Origin: Camelus ferus
Lineage: Eukaryota
Assembly (NCBI RefSeq): GCF_009834535.1
Contig: NC_045707.1
Location: forward strand, 63,242,001 to 63,306,000
DNA: 64,000 bases
Direction: 5' to 3'
Under the pieces are notes generated by a model. It was given only the letters and a program-made list of their open reading frames with translations, was not told the DNA's origin and made no database searches. Positions 24,731 to 39,885 of this stretch are shown one piece after another; the stretch's first letter is position 1, and each line of letters begins with the position of its first letter. The translations under genes were made by a program, and so were the position numbers.

Positions 24731-25234
24731 ATTATTTCCAATCCCAATTTACAGATAAAGGAGTTCATGTTCTTTTCAAATCACTGAAAAAAAAAATGGT
24801 TTACTCAGTATGTGGAATTGGATATTTATATTCAACAAGAAGACAAAAGAAAGACAAACTCAATCATATAAAATTTGATTATGCAATTAATTCTTTATTA
24901 CCCTTGCTTAAAGAAAGAGAACAGAGATGTGTATAATCAAAAAGAGTACAAAGTCAAGGAAAATACATTCTGACTTTATGTTAGAAAGAGCGGTAATTCA
25001 ATGAGATATTTACTAGACTCAATACCAATTATTTACTGAAATTGTGTAATGACTTCCCACGTGACAACCAAATGAAATATCAAAGATAGTTCACAGTCAT
25101 CTACAGTTTTGGTTGGCAGTGGTATAAAACTAAAAACTATCAGGAGAATCCCTGCAACAGCAGACCCTAACGCTCTCAGAGAGATGGTGCTTATGACCCC
25201 CAACCCCTGACATCAACTGCTTGTACAACATGCA

Positions 25235-25707
25235 ATGTCTTAAGTTCCCCAAAAGCAGACCCCGAGGAAAGCATGAGTATACAGGTGATTTATTAAGGAA
25301 GTGTTCTCAAGGAGAAACCCACAAGGGGGCAAGGGAAGCAATATAACGGAGCGTATAAGGCCAAACGAGGGTGTAATTTCAAGTGAAGTTCCGGCCTCCG
25401 CCTGATCCTACTGGGAGCTCTAGAGTGTAAATTGCACTCGTGAGTTTCCGCTACGTTGAGGCAAGAGAGCTAGACTTCCAGACTCCTGCATCTCAGTCAT
25501 TGGATACTGGTTACCAAGGGGCAGGCATTAAATCTCAGGCACTTCTTGTTCCTGGAGCATCTGGATGATGCAGCTCCAGTGGCCCAAAGGTAATCCTTTG
25601 GTGCAGAGGTTGAGTATGAGCTGTTAGAAGCAAGACAGTAAGAACTGGGGGATAAGCACAGGAAACAGGAAAGGAGATCTGGTCCTGCACCAAGAGCATA
25701 CACCACA
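25235..25707 (-). mobile_element. Old ERVL LTR (LTR16/LTR33-like)
   Basis: tgtc...ccccaaaagcagaccccgag...tgatttattaaggaagtg...caccaca. Confidence 0.6.
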
Positions 25708-26699
25708 GACAAGAATCATTCATTCACACGTTTGTTCATTCAGCAAATATTTATTTGGCATCTGCTTTGCACCAGGGTCTGGACTAAGCATTTCTAACTT
25801 CAAGACAAAGAAGATGTGTTGTCTAACCAAAGGTGGTCCAAAGCATTATTGGGAACAAAAAACAATGATGATCTAATCCCCACTCAAAATGTTGGATAAT
25901 AATAACAGATAATGATGCATGCCACATGAATGATAAACTGAAAGTGCCAAATGGATACTGAGAAGAATGGAGAGTTTTCTGAAGATTCACAGTGAAGTAA
26001 ATCGTAAGTTCACATTAAAACCGTAGCCAGGACCATTGCAAAATAACGCAGCAAAAGGTCACTGATTTTACTCCTGGGAGACACCATGGATATTAGGGGG
26101 AACACAGCCATTCCTATCAATCAGCTCTACCAGTTAGTCAAGCTGTCTGGAGGCCCAGACAAGAAAAGCATGATTAAATCAATCTGTTTGCCAAGATTTG
26201 ATGGAAATGATCCAATCTGAGTGAGAAGATAAAATGCACACATGCTTAGTACAGTGTCTTCATTTGTTCATTCAAACATTTATTGCACGCCTGCTGGGTG
26301 CCAGGCATTGTACTACAGCATAGAGCGAGAACAATAAAAATCTCCACCACACAATAAACAAAACATTTACTCTTACTGCTCTTAAGAGGTTCACAATATG
26401 TGGGGAAATAAACAAATAAATCAATAGCAAAATACAATATGAGAAATGTAACTGCATTCTGCCTTCCCTCCCATTACAAATGATGAACTCCTGTAATACG
26501 ATGGAATGAACTCCCATTACAAAGGACTGAGCTCCTATCTAAGGCCAAACTCCATGTTCTATCTACCCCTCCTCCCTTTTCAAAGACATGATTCTCAAAA
26601 TTCAACACGTAAGTTAACATGCAAAGCAGAACACTTTCAGAATGAAACGGAGCCCTTAACACCCTGAAACAATAGATGTAAGTAGGGTGGTTGCCAATT

Positions 26700-27231
26700 T
26701 ATTCTCCCTGTCTCTAGTCTCTCTTGAATTCACTGCAACAAGGCTTCCATTCCCACTGCTCTACCAAAACTGCTCTCATCAACATCACTAATGGCCCCAG
26801 GATGCCAAATCCAACTGTCAGCTCCCAGCCCTCAACGTGTGTAATCTATCCACAGAGCTTGACACAGTTGATCGTTTCTCCTCCAAATACTGTCTTCACT
26901 TGGCTTCAGTCTTACTTTCCTTCCATCTGGTTGACCACTCCTTCTCAGTCTCCTGCATGATTCATCCTCCTCCTACCCTCATATCTCTCACTTCTTTTAA
27001 ACTGGAGGGTCCCTCACTTTAGCTGGAGAGAACCACGTTCCAGTCCATGGACATCTTCATTTCTCTGTCTACACTCAGTGACTTGGGGATAACATCTAGT
27101 CTCACGGTTCCAAATATTAAGATGCTGAAGAGCTACTCCATAATTCCAGACTTCCAACTGCCCACTGGACATCTCCAGTTGGATATCTAGTAGTCATCTC
27201 AAACTTAACATATCTGAAGCCAAACACCCAA

Positions 27232-27287
<56 letters not shown>

Positions 27288-28140
27288 TGCTCCTCCTGAA
27301 ATCTTTCTATCTGGCTTCCCAAGACCAGTATCTCAACACCATCCTTGTTTCCCCTCCATCTCTCACGCTGACCTGTTCAATTGGGCATCTACTTTAAGAA
27401 CATATCCAGAATCCAATCACTTCTCACAGCCCCACCACCATCACCCTGCTTCCAAGCTTCCTTCATTTCTTGCCTGGACAAGTCCTCTAATCTCCTGCTA
27501 ATGCCTTGTCCCTCACTCTGTTCAGTCTGCTCGCTACCCAGCAACCACAATGTTCCTATTAAAATGAATGTCAACTCCCATATCACTCTTCTCTTCCTCC
27601 CCCAGTGGCTTTCCAACTCATTTACAGTAAAAGCCCACGTTTTCACAAGGGCTCCCAAGTCCCTATAAAAATCTAGTCCCTTTTACTTCTCTGGTCTCAT
27701 TTCCTACCATTTTGTTCCACCTTAACCTTACTCCACTTTTACACTGGCTTCCTTGACATTCCTCAGACATGCAAGAGAGATTCTCCCATCACAGCTTTTG
27801 AGATTTCCCCTAGACATCCCCACAGCTCATTCCCTCTCTTCCTTCAGATACTCTTCCAAATATCTGTTCTTTCTGAGAAGTCTTCTCTCCCACTCCAGGA
27901 TTCCCCATTCTCCTTCCTTGCTTTATTGTTTCCCATTACATTTATCACCATTTATCAAAAGATATGCTTCACATACTCATTTTGTTTCTTGCTGCCCTTT
28001 TTCCAAGAATGTAAGTTGCATGAGGGCAAAGATTTTTATCAATTAGTTTTTGTAGGTCAAAATATTTTGTTAAATTTGCCCCTCCAGTACCTGGTACATA
28101 GTAGGCAGTCAATAAACCTTTGATGAATAAATAAGTGAAA
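26700..28140 (+). mobile_element. L2 LINE
   Basis: ccaaaactgctctcatcaacatcacta...; catatccagaatccaatcacttctca; tail ctggtacatagtaggcagtcaataaa. Confidence 0.85.
27232..27284. repeat. (TC)n(CA)n compound microsatellite
   Basis: Read directly from the sequence. Confidence 0.97.
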
Positions 28141-30009
28141 AAATGAATTCCATAGGTATGTAAATATTCAATGGAAGTCTATACAGGGACTTTTTGATGA
28201 AAATGTGGGATTCTCAGGGGAGGAGTTATTTCAGCTAAATTTTGGAGGATAAGCTGGATGTAGTAAGCTACCAAGTGGAGGAGGATATCCCAGACCAAGG
28301 AAACATTATGTCCTAAGGCAACAGTGATAACCAAATGATAAGTGATTTTAAATGGACCAGTAAATAATAGGACTTAATTATGATACTGGTGGTAATTCAT
28401 GAAGGGCTATTAAGCCAGAAAAGTGATAAATTTACTTCTGCTTTTAAGAAGGATGATGTGATTGACCTCTACCAGGTGAACTGAGATACAAGTGGTCACT
28501 TGTTAAGACATCTACAGAAAGACAAAGTTAGAAAAATGAGGAGATAGAGAGCGATAGGTGAACCTGGAGAAGTAGAGAAACTTCAAACCAAATTAAACAA
28601 GGGCTTGCAAACCAAAATGTAGAATATTAATTTACTGCCATGGGCATAGACAAGTCAAAGATTTTAAACCACAGAATGACATAATCAGAATTACGTTTTA
28701 ACTGATGACATAAGCTACAGAGCAGATGACAGATTAAGAGGGATTAGAAATAAATAAAAGGAAATGAATTAGATTATTGTAGTGAAAGATGGTGTGGTTT
28801 GGACTAGAGAGATGGCAGCAGGGATGCAGAGAAATGGATAGATTAATTCAGCTGATCCTAACATCCTGTTGAACAAGTCCCTTACTTACTAGGTAACACC
28901 AATTGTCGTCCCAGTCTCACTTAAGAACAATCATTGACCTTATCTGTCTCTGTCTCACTCCAATGCCCAGTTGAAACAAGTGAGACCAGCTAAAGGATGG
29001 GGGCAAAAGTCCAAAATATTTCACAAACTGTATAATTCCTGTGTGTTTAAACAAGAGTTGGCTGTGCAATACTTCATTTTATACTTTGGGGAAAAAAAAA
29101 AACCACAGCTGTTATTCTTCTTTTAGGGTGACCAGGTTCTGCTTAATCATAACATGGAAACCAAATCTTCATAAACAGAGTTATCACTCAAAAGCAATGA
29201 AATATAATTTTATTACACCTGCTCATTTGCTTTTCTGACATGCCACGATAAGAGCCCAGCTCTGAAAATGTAAATTGCTAACCAGGCTTTATCTCTCCCT
29301 CTGCATAGCTTCTTCCTACAACCAATATAAACCAAACTGCCCATTAAGTCCAGTGGAAAGGATATTACACTAGGAAGTAGCACACGGGGACGTGCGACTC
29401 AGCACTGTCACCAAGTACTGTCAACTTGTGAGAGTTAGTTCACTTCTCTGGGCCTCAGCACAAAGTTCCCTCCAGGGGCAAGAGTTTATCATTATCTACA
29501 CACCATATTATCCCTGAGAGATTGGTGCTTCCTCCTCATTTGTCTAAATTAGTCTCATCTAGTCACTATTTATTTTGAGAAGAAAATAGCAAAAAGGTTT
29601 TTGGGTTTTTTGGTATCTCTACCTAGTTTTACTCTTTGACGTTTTTCACTTCCCTTGAAAGTACCTACCAACTGCTCCGCTGTCATTCTCCATCCTTTAC
29701 TCTTGACTGTTCCTCTTTTTCCCCCTGAATTGCCCATGATCTTGGTCCTGATTAGAAAGACTAGCCAGCCAATATGAAATAGAAGCTGGCTTTGGAAAAA
29801 CATTCTTATGCCCCTGCCCTTGTGGTAATACACAGTAGCAATGAACTAAGGCTTAGGAGCTACATAATTTTGGTCCCACAGGAAGCCTAAATGCCCCAAA
29901 TTGATGTTCCTAGGGGTGTCTGTTTGACCCAGTAGCCTTTACTCTGTAGTTTCATGAACCCTCTATACTTAAAGTATGTTTGTTGCATCTTTTTATAGGA
30001 TTTTAAGTA

Positions 30010-30388
30010 CAGCTGACCCTTGGACAACATGGGTTTGAACTGCACAGGTCCACTTACGTGTAGATTTCTTCTCAGTAAATGCACTGGAAAAAATTTTGGA
30101 GATTCGTGACAATTTGAAAAAACTTGCAGATGAACCACATAGTCTAGAAATACCCAAAAAAATTAATAGAGGGTTAGGTATGTCATGAATGCATAAAATA
30201 CATGTAGATATACATAAAATATACAAAATATGTGTTGATCGTCCGCTTATGTTATCAGTAAGGCTTCCGGGTCAACAGTGGGCTATTAGTAGTTAAGTTT
30301 GGGGAAATCAAAAGTTATACATGGATTCTCAACTGTGCAAAGGGTCCGCTCCCACCTCCCAGCCGCCTTACTGTTCAAGGGTCAACTG
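30010..30388. mobile_element. Tigger2a-like TcMar-Tigger non-autonomous DNA transposon
   Basis: TIRs cagctgacccttggaca / tgttcaagggtcaactg, with a TA TSD on both sides. Confidence 0.9.
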
Positions 30389-33320
30389 TATTTTCATCAC
30401 AGAAGGAGAACAATACTAAGGCAGACATCATCAACCCCAATAGGCATCTCTCTTTCTCATAATGACAGGAATGGAGATTAAATTTCAACAATTCTGAGAG
30501 CTGAGAGTGGCTTCTCAGAGGACAGGTGACGAGCAATCCTGAGACCACATCTGCACCTGTGGGGAGAAAGCGCCAAGAAAGAGCCGTCTGTGCTCACACG
30601 GGTGCGAGAGGTGGCACTGGTGTCAGACATTTGCCACTATTAGGACAGAATATTCTTTGGAAAGGAGTCATAATGGAAGGAAACTTCAGATAAATTGAAA
30701 TTGACTTTGCCTCTGATAGCCGTGCAATTTAGAAGAAGAACATCAAAGACCATTTAATGATTTCATCAATGGTCTATTTATTTAGTTAGTTACTAGTTAA
30801 TGAGCATCTATTAATGGTCATGTACTGAATGTCCAAAGGTAAGCAAAAGCGACATGGTCTCCTCTTGCAAGAAGCTTGCAGTCCAGTGGGGAGATACAGC
30901 AACTAAGTCTTACTGAGAAAATCAATGTGGACGCAATTTACAATGGCTCTTCAAAGAAGTCCTCTCCAAAGAGATGAAGATTCATCGGAACAGGGACAGA
31001 GCACCTTGCAAGTAAAGAGCAGCAAGCAATTATTCAAATTCTTCCATACAATGTTCCACCGTTTACCATTTCATTGCAGTAAAGATTTCAAGGGACAGGG
31101 GAAAACATAAATACAAATGTAATATAATGCAAATAAGGAAGCACATGTAATTGTCAGAAATATTACACAATTTTATACTAAGTAATTTTGGAGACTTCCT
31201 TCAAATAATTTAAAATACTTCACAGATTTTCTTATTTATCATTATAAAATACTTGTAGACTCAGGGTGGGGTTAGCAGTGAATTCTGATTTTGTAGATGA
31301 AGAATTTGAAAAGGTTTTCTATAGTCACTGAGTCATTATAAAGGACAGTAGAGCTAAATCTCTCTAAAGCCTTTCTTTCAGACTATTTTACTTATTCATT
31401 GTGTTAAAAAATGAATCATGGTAGTTACTATATGATTATGTGAAATGGTGTATAGTTACACTATACAGCAATGAAAAAGGAAAAAAACCATTTACAACAG
31501 TAGTGCACCAGTTAAATAAAGACTTGAATAACATTTTCTCTGATTTGGCGTTTATTATTTGGTAAATTAAGTTAAACAAACCTTCTGGCTTGCCAGCGTT
31601 GTTCTCTGAGAAAATTTCACACTGCAAGGGCACATTAAAACTTTGGAAGACACAGAAATTATTTCATGGCTTTAAAATTTCACTCTACTAACAATAACAA
31701 ATTTACTTTTCTACTCAACTAACTGAAAATATCAGTCCTTTTCTTTAATAACTGAAAAACAATGATGTGTTGTCACTAAACTCTCCACCACTAAAGATGA
31801 ATTAATTCGCCTGCATGAATATAATTTGATTTGGGTTCTTCATACAAACCAGTAAAACAGAACAAGTGAGGGAGAAGGGAGCAGGTGCCTTTGGCACTAA
31901 GTAGAAGACAAATATATGGATACAAAGAGGAAAGGATGTTGTAAACAAGAAACTGAAAACCCGGGAGTATTAGTCTTATTTAAAATTCGGAAAGTAACTT
32001 TTCTTTGCTAAGAAAAAGGAAAATAAATGCACACAAAACTCAGACAGAAACAAGGAACCAGAATCCAGATGCACGAGCAGTAAGTATGAGCCAATAAACA
32101 CAAAGAGGAGGCTGCAAGGGGGCGGGGGAAGGAGCTGGCTTAGCTGGAGCAGGTGGGGCAGATCCAGGAGGCAGAACTTCGGAAGGGCCTTGACCTCACA
32201 AGTGAAGAGCCTGGGTGTGCTGCTTTGAGAAACTGAGAGCCACTTCTGAGTCGGAAGCAGGGTAACACGATTGAAAACCACACAGGGAGATGATTTACGA
32301 TGTATTGAGACAGAGTGGCTAGTGGGCAGAAAAGCATACTATTGCAAGTGAAAAACTAGTTCTGCAGCTTTTATAGGGAGAACAGCCAGTAATAGGCAAT
32401 CTCCATCACTGCAGTCAAAGAACCCACTCTGAGAAGGAGGAGAATTTAGAACTGGGAAGGTGTGGGTAGCTCAATCCCAGTCCTACGAGGGAGGCACATG
32501 GGGACAGCCAAACCACAACTACCTCCAAACCTACCATGCTGACAAACACACACTGCAGAAACAAACACCAGAGCCCCTCCACGAGTCTCCCCCCTTGGAA
32601 TTCATGCCACAGAGCCACAGGATAGCTTTTCTGAGAACAGTTACTTAAACACCTTTCATGGGACCTAAATTCCACATCGCATCAAATATTTTTATAAGGA
32701 GAATCCAGAGTACAGTCACTGATAAAGATGCTCTTATGATTTGTCTCCACTTGCATTTTCCCTCTTCCCCTTGCATAGAATTTTACTAAGGATTCGTGAA
32801 AAAAGCCCTTCTGAGAATTCTGAGACAGGCTGGCTACACACCATGGGGTTTCTTTGGGACCCAGGGGCCTTTATTCTATGAGTTCATAGTCTCTCTACAT
32901 TTAAAGTGCTCTGGTCTCATCTTTCTATAGGTCTTTACATTCTTTAAGCATTGGGTCCAACTTTTCAGTTTCTGTTTTTACTCCTTCCTGTGTCTAACAC
33001 AGTACCTTTCACCCAACAGGGACCAACGGCGTGTTGCTGCCTCCCATAAACTGGCCATAAACTTTGAAGGTCCTTGTCCACTGGAGTCCTAAAAATGCTG
33101 TTATAATAGATTGGTTACATCTTACAACTGCATTTTGCTTCAGGCAAAGAAATTAGCACTGTGGCAACCCATACGTTCTCTTCTTGTAAATCTCTTCACA
33201 TTTATTCCCTAAGCACAGTATTTACTAGTTACTATGGAGCTTACAAGTGCAACTCACTTCAAGGTAAGGGCAGGGCTCTGCCATGTTCACACTGCCGTGG
33301 TCCCATCTTTCTAATATAGA

Positions 33321-33802
33321 TGTGGTGGTCTGAAGGATGGCCCCCTGAGATACCGTGTCCTAATCCTTAAGACTGTGAATGTTACCCAAAGGGACTTCGC
33401 GGCTGTGATTAAATCAAGAATTTTGAGATGAGGGCATGATCCTGGATCATTCAGGTGGGCCCTGAATGTTACCACAGATGTCCTACGAACAGGGAGGCAG
33501 GAGGAGTTTTGACTACAGGAAAGGAATGAGAATGACAGAAGCAGAGAGAAACTGGAAGATGCAAAAAGGCGGAGAAAAAGCCCATAAACCACCAAATGCT
33601 AGAAGTGGTTGGAAGCTGGAAAGGCACGGACCAGATCACTCCCGGGCCTTCAGAGGGAACCAGCTTTGCTAACACCTTGACTTTAACCCTGTAAAACTCA
33701 TTTTAAACTTCTAACCTCTAGAACAGTAAGAGAATAAATCTGTGTTGTCTTAAGTCACTAAGTTTCTGGTAATTTATTACAGCAGCAATAGGAGAGTAAT
33801 GT
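33321..33802 (+). mobile_element. MLT1D-type MaLR LTR
   Basis: tgtggtgg..gaa.gatggcccc...ctgtgaatgttacc...agaataaatctgtgttg...acagcagcaatagga. Confidence 0.85.
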
Positions 33803-34067
33803 AACTTTCTTATCTTCACGCCAGTTAGTATACCGCTTTGTGCTAGATTTTCCACTTCTTGGCAGAGCAGATTTTGTTATTTCTCTTTGTATCTTTCTGT
33901 TGTAGACGTAATTATTTACAGCTTTCAAACTGCCAATGTTGGCACACCCATTTTATTTGCATATATTATTACGAAACACACGACACATTATTGCATATAA
34001 TCGGTAGACAGACAAAAAAGTGAAATGATTGAGTAAAAGTTAGCATCACCAACAGCAATTTTTTTTT

Positions 34068-34248
34068 CCAAGTGTTGTCTCATTACGTTTTGCATCAGAG
34101 TCACCTGGAGTAACTGTTTAAAATTCAGATTCCTGGGTCTACACACTGCAGAAATTCTGAATTCTCTCTCTCCATGGGGGCCCTAAAATCTGCCTTTTCA
34201 CAAATTTACCAACGGAAGCATACGTACACTACAGTTGAAGAATTACTG
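34068..34248. mobile_element. MER5-type hAT-Charlie element
   Basis: gcatcagagtcacctggag...cagattcctggg...gttgaagaattactg. Confidence 0.75.
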
Positions 34249-34934
34249 GTCTAGAGTCACCTAAAAACCTTTTGTGCATTCAGCCCCACAGCAAGCAAAC
34301 CTCAAGTCTGGAAAGAAATATTTAGCCAACAGCCTAACATGTGGGAAAACATATATATATCCCTATTCCTTACAATCTCTTTTAACATCAGAGTCTTCAA
34401 TGAAGATACATTCAACAGGGCTGTTATTATTTTTAACTCTAACAACGAATCTTTCTTTGCCCTGCACAATAAACGATGAACAACAGATGAATCAGATCCA
34501 ATGTATGGAAACCAGTAAAAGTTGTTTAATACTGTCACAGCCCATAGATAAAACAGTAGCATTTAATCCCTCTCAGAGATAGAGCACATCTTTTGTAGTA
34601 AACTGAATTGCAGTGTTTTGTTTTGTTTTTTTAAGCGAGATAGAATAAATACAGAGAATTTCCTTATTAAGCTATTCATTTTATGCCTGGTCAAATTTCT
34701 TCAGCAGGACTGACAGCCAAGTACATCTGCTTGTAAATACAGGAGCTGTCCTTTCAGTCCCCTGATTTCCCACTACCTGCTGACCTTGCTTGGATGTATG
34801 CCACCTCTCCCTTCAGATCAGCACCATCCTATTCAAACACAGCACCCCGCCTGCACCAATCCTCCCGCCTGGATCTTTCAGTGAGGCAGGCAGCCTTCCA
34901 CCACCTAGGGGTCAGAACTCAGAACTCCTTTGTC

Positions 34935-35300
34935 CATTCACTCATTTCATAAATATTTATTGAGGGTCTACTCTGCCCTGGGCGCTATTCCGGGTGCTGA
35001 GGATATAGAAGTAAACCAAACAGATAGAAATCCCTACCATGGAAAGCTCATATTCTGGTAGAAAGATGGATGAATACGAACAATACAATATAGTCAACAA
35101 TACAAGTAAATAAATACAAATATATAACATGTTAAATAGTAATGTGTTCAACATTAAAATAAATCAAAGGAAGTTAGAAAATGTCAAAGGTCAGGGAGCA
35201 CCTCCCTGAGAAGGTGATAGTTGAGTAAAAACATAAAATAAGTAAGAATGTAAGCAATGTGGATACAGATTTCAGGGGAGAATGCATTCCAGGAACAGCT
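34935..35300 (-). mobile_element. L2 3' end
   Basis: cattcactcattt..taaatatttattgaggg.ctact.tgccc. Confidence 0.75.
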
Positions 35301-37451
35301 ACTTATCAATGTCCTAAAAACCATCACTTCAGTCCTCAAGCCTCTGCATTCAATTCTTTCAAGAAATTACAAAACATCCCAATCATATAGAAATCATATA
35401 GAAAAGTACAGTTCAAAAGTGCATTGTTCTTATATCCCCAACAGATTTAAATAATGTTCGTATTTTCCCGCATTTGCTTCAGGTAATTTTTAACTGTGTA
35501 AAACATGACAATTCCATCGAAGCAAGACATCCCCTTCTTCCCACCCCGCTCCCTCCCACTCTAGGATTAACCACGGCCAGGAAGTTCAGGCTTCAATCTA
35601 TTTCCAATTCATGTTATAATTGTCCTTCAGTTTTAATGGACATGATCAATTTCTCCAAAGGAGCTGCACCCATTTACATCCCACCAGCAATGTATGGCAG
35701 TCCCTGCTTCCCCACAGCCTCACCAGTTTTGTAATATTTGTTAATCAGTGGGTATGAAATGATGTCTTGTTGTTAGCTGTAATTTGCATCATCCTGATAA
35801 CGGCGATGTTGAGCACTATTTCACGTTTCACTGGCTTATAGATTCCTCTTCTGCGAACTGTCCTGTTCCTTTGCTCACTCTTCCATTTGATCATTTCTCT
35901 TTTTCTTTTCTCATGATTTCTAGTAGTCCTTTGGATATTCTGGACAGTAGTCATTTACTAGATTTGCAAAAATCTTCTCCTAGACTGTGTTAGTCTTGTA
36001 CATTATGTCCCTGATCAAAAAGAATTTTTTTACTTTGAATGCAGTCAAATAGCAAATGTTCCCTTTAGGGTTTGTGCTTTCTGGGTGTCTTTAAAGAAAT
36101 CCTTCATTGCTCTCAAGGTCAAAAAGATATTTTTCCTATATTTTCTTCTAAAGTTTTTAAACTTTTACTTTTCAGAGTCAGAGCTTTAACCCACGCAGAA
36201 CGTATTTATGTGAATAATGTGAAATAGCAATCTCATTTTATTTTTTTCTACGTGGATGATCAATTATCTCAGTACTAGATAATGAAGTGCCTTTCCCACT
36301 GATTTATAATGCCCCTCACCATATACCAAGTTCTCATTTATACTTAGATCTCTGTTGTTTTCTATTGGTCAGTATGTGTATCACTGTTCCAACAGCACAT
36401 TCCGTAATCATTAAAACCAAATAATAAATTGTGAGGTCAAATAAGATCAGTACTTTTCTTTATTTGTTTTTCAAAACTTCCTTATTATTCTATATGAATT
36501 TTAGGATCATTTTCCACACTTACAAACATCCTGTTGGGGATTTTGCTAAAATCGCACTAAATTTGCATGTAAATTTTACACCGTCAAACAAATCTTACCA
36601 TCCATGTCCATGGAATTCCTCTTGATTATTTCAGTCTTAACCCCACTTTTAAGTTTTATAATTTCGTTCACATGAGCCTTGCCCACCTTCTACTAGATTT
36701 ACTTGCAGATACTTTATGGTTCGGTGCTACTGTGAATGGGATTTGAAAAATCCTATTTCTAATCTATTATTTTCGATATCAGCTACTTATTGATTTTTGT
36801 AAAGTGACTTTGAAACAAGCCAACTTTCTGAAGTAATTCTAATATTTTTTTCTCTACTGTTTTGTGTTGGCTGGCCTCCATCAGGACTTCTAGAACAGTG
36901 CCGAACAGGACAGTGGAAGAAGTCATCTTTATCTTATTTTTCACTTTACTTGGAATGCTTCTGTTTCACTACCAACTATAATTCTTGCTGCCAGTTAAGG
37001 AAATTCCCTTCTATTCATCGTTTGCCAGGAATTATATCATGAACAGTGTTAGACTTTTCTAATGCTTTCAGTCACATCTGTTCACGTGACATTTCTTCTT
37101 CTTTTATTATTCCTGTGTTCTATTAGGGTAGTGAATCGTAGTCCTAAGTTTTCTAGTGTTAACTGTTTCCTTTCTTGGGGTGGGGCAACCTACTGAGACA
37201 TGTTGGGAAGCATTTTTTTGTTTGTTTGAGATGAGATTTAACTTTTCCTAACTGTTTAACTAAAACACATCTATGAAATTGTGTAAACCTGGTGCTTTTG
37301 TGTGTGACAAGACAGATTTTTGATGAGTGATTCGCTGTCTCTATGGTTACTGATACCTCATATTTTTATTACAATCAGGCATCTTATCTGAGTTTTAAAA
37401 GTACGAGAAAAAATTCTTCATAATATTCTCTATTTTTAAAATCTCTCCCTC

Positions 37452-37685
37452 TCGGTTGGGAGTCCGAGATTAGCAGATACACACTACTATATATAAAACA
37501 GATAAACAACAAGTTTCTTCTGTAGAGCACAGGGAACTATATTCAATATCTTGTAGTAACCTATAATGAAAAAATAAGAAAATGAATATATGTATGTATA
37601 TGTATGACTGAAACATTATGCTGTACGCCAGGAATCGACATAGCATTGTAAACTGACTATACTTCAATAGAAAAAGATAGTTAAA
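37452..37685 (+). mobile_element. 5'-truncated artiodactyl-type L1 3'UTR
   Basis: gattagcagatacacactactatatataaaacagataaacaacaag...agcacagggaactatattcaatatcttgt, with TSD ctctccctc on both sides. Confidence 0.85.
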
Positions 37686-39276
37686 AAAACTCTCCCTCAT
37701 ATAGAGTTATTTCAATTCTAATAATTTTTGTACTTTCTTTTTTCTCGTGATTTAGTCAGAGGTATGTCTAATAATATTTTCAAAGAATTCCCTTATGGTT
37801 TAATTAAGCCTTCCAGTATTTCTTATTTTTTTAATTTCATTGATTTCTAATCTTTATGATTTTCTTGCCTTTTTTATTATTATACTCTGCTCTTTCTCTA
37901 AATGCTTCAATAAAACGATCAGCTGATGAATTCTAAATCATTCATGTTTTAAGTATGATCTTTTATACTACATCCTTTAAAGCTCTAAATTCCTCCTAGG
38001 TATAGCTTTAGTTGCATCCATGAAATTTAATAAGCAGTGGGCTTATTTTTCATTAATGTCTAAATATTTCTTAACTTTCTATTTGACCTATAAATTATTT
38101 AGAAGTATGTTTTTAACTTCCTAGCCTATGTGATTTTTTAGGTTATTTTTTATTATTACTAACTTTATTGCCAAAAGCCTTGCCCGTTTGACACTGATTC
38201 TTGGTATTTCTTCAGATTTTTTTTGTAGACTAGTACAAATTGGTGAATTTTGTAAGTAATGGATTTAGATGCCTGGAAAAATTGTTTAACCCTAATTTTT
38301 AGGTAAATGGTTCTAAATACATCAATTAGATTAATATTGTGTTGTTTACATCTTCTAAATCTCTGTTAGGTTTTTTGCTTTATGTTCCTGAGAAAGGTGT
38401 GAAAATTTCCCACAAGCCCATTGATTTTGTTGTCCCTCCATAGTGCTGCCAATTGCTTCCTCATATACTCGTATAGTTAACATTATCAGGTGCATACAGG
38501 TTCATGTCTTCCAGATGAAATCCTTTTATAATTTCAGCCTCAATAATGTGAATGCCTTAAAATCTATTCCACCAAATAACATTGCCTTTATCTTTCCTTA
38601 CAAAACAAAAAGAACTTTACTCATTCTATATTTTAATAAGCAAACGTAGTATAAACAGCTATAAAGATATAGCTATAGATACATTCTGATTCTGCTCTGC
38701 TATCTTATCCAATGTTTTCTAGCCATCTTGCTTTTATTTTGCTTCTTTTTCTCCTTTCCTGCTCTGTAATAGAGCTATCTTTTTTTCTCTATTCCATTTT
38801 TATCTTTTTTTATTATTTTGAAATCGTATATTCTATTTCTATCTACTCCTTCAGTGGTTGCACTTAAATGTCAATGTGTAACGACTTTACTCAGTCTAAT
38901 GTTAACCCGTATTTCAATATGTCTTGAAAATAAAGACCTGAATACACTGTACGTTAAGTAATCGTGTGATTGTCAAGTGACCAGGTCTGAGCTAGACTAC
39001 CTGGATCTGGATGCTGGCTCTACCTCTTCCTAATACTTAATAGGTAAGTTACCAACCATCACTATGCATCAGTCCCTTCATCAGGAAAATAAAGTTAATA
39101 ATAAAAATGCTAATCATAATTGCTTGAGAATTATGAGAATTAAACTAGTCACAACTTGAAAAGGGCTTAGGGAAGGGGCTAGTATATATTAGCTGTTATG
39201 AATTTTCATTTACCTATTATATTATTTATATAAATGATTTTTAAATCATCAATTAGTTTTATAAAAAAAATTTAAG

Positions 39277-39585
39277 ACCCAGGAATCCCGCTCCTGGGCA
39301 TATATCCAGAAGGAACCCTACTTCACAATGACACCTGCACCCCAATGTTCATAGCAGCACTATTTACAATAGCCAAGACATGGAAACAGCCTAAATGTCC
39401 ATCAATGGATGACTGGATAAAGAACATGTGATATATTTATACAATGGAATACTACTCAGCCATAAAAACCGACAACATAACGCCATTTGCAGCAACATGG
39501 ATGCTCCTGGAGAATGTCATTCTAAGTGAAGTAAGCCAGAAAGAGAAAGAAAAATACCATATGAGATCGCTCATATGTGGAATCT

Positions 39586-39616
<31 letters not shown>

Positions 39617-39885
39617 CAGAGCATAAATACAAAACAGAAACAGACTCATAGACATAGAATACAAACTTGTGGTTTCCAAGGGGGTGGAGGGTGGGAAGGG
39701 ATAGACTGGGATTTCAAAATTTGTAGAATAGATAAACAAGATTATACTGTATAGCACAGGGAAATATATACAGGATCTTATGGTAGCCCACAGAGAAAAA
39801 AATGTGACAATGACTATATATATGTTCATGTATAACTGAAAAAAATAATCAGAACTCTGGAAATAAAAAGATCAATATTTGCTGG
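39277..39885 (+). mobile_element. Young L1 (ORF2 end plus 3'UTR) with an atypical 3' end
   Basis: cacctgcaccccaatgttcatagcagcactatttacaatagccaagacatggaaaca. 14-bp TSD aaaaaaaatttaag at 39263-39276 and 39886-39899. Confidence 0.9.

Noticed and set aside
30601..30620. CTCF-like motif gcgagaggtggcactg (also partial matches near 62041 and 63697)
   Set aside because: Only the 3' half matches the consensus, and I cannot support it without a PWM scan or ChIP data.
35381..35404. 11-bp tandem duplication atcatatagaa
   Set aside because: An ordinary slippage duplication with no further structure.
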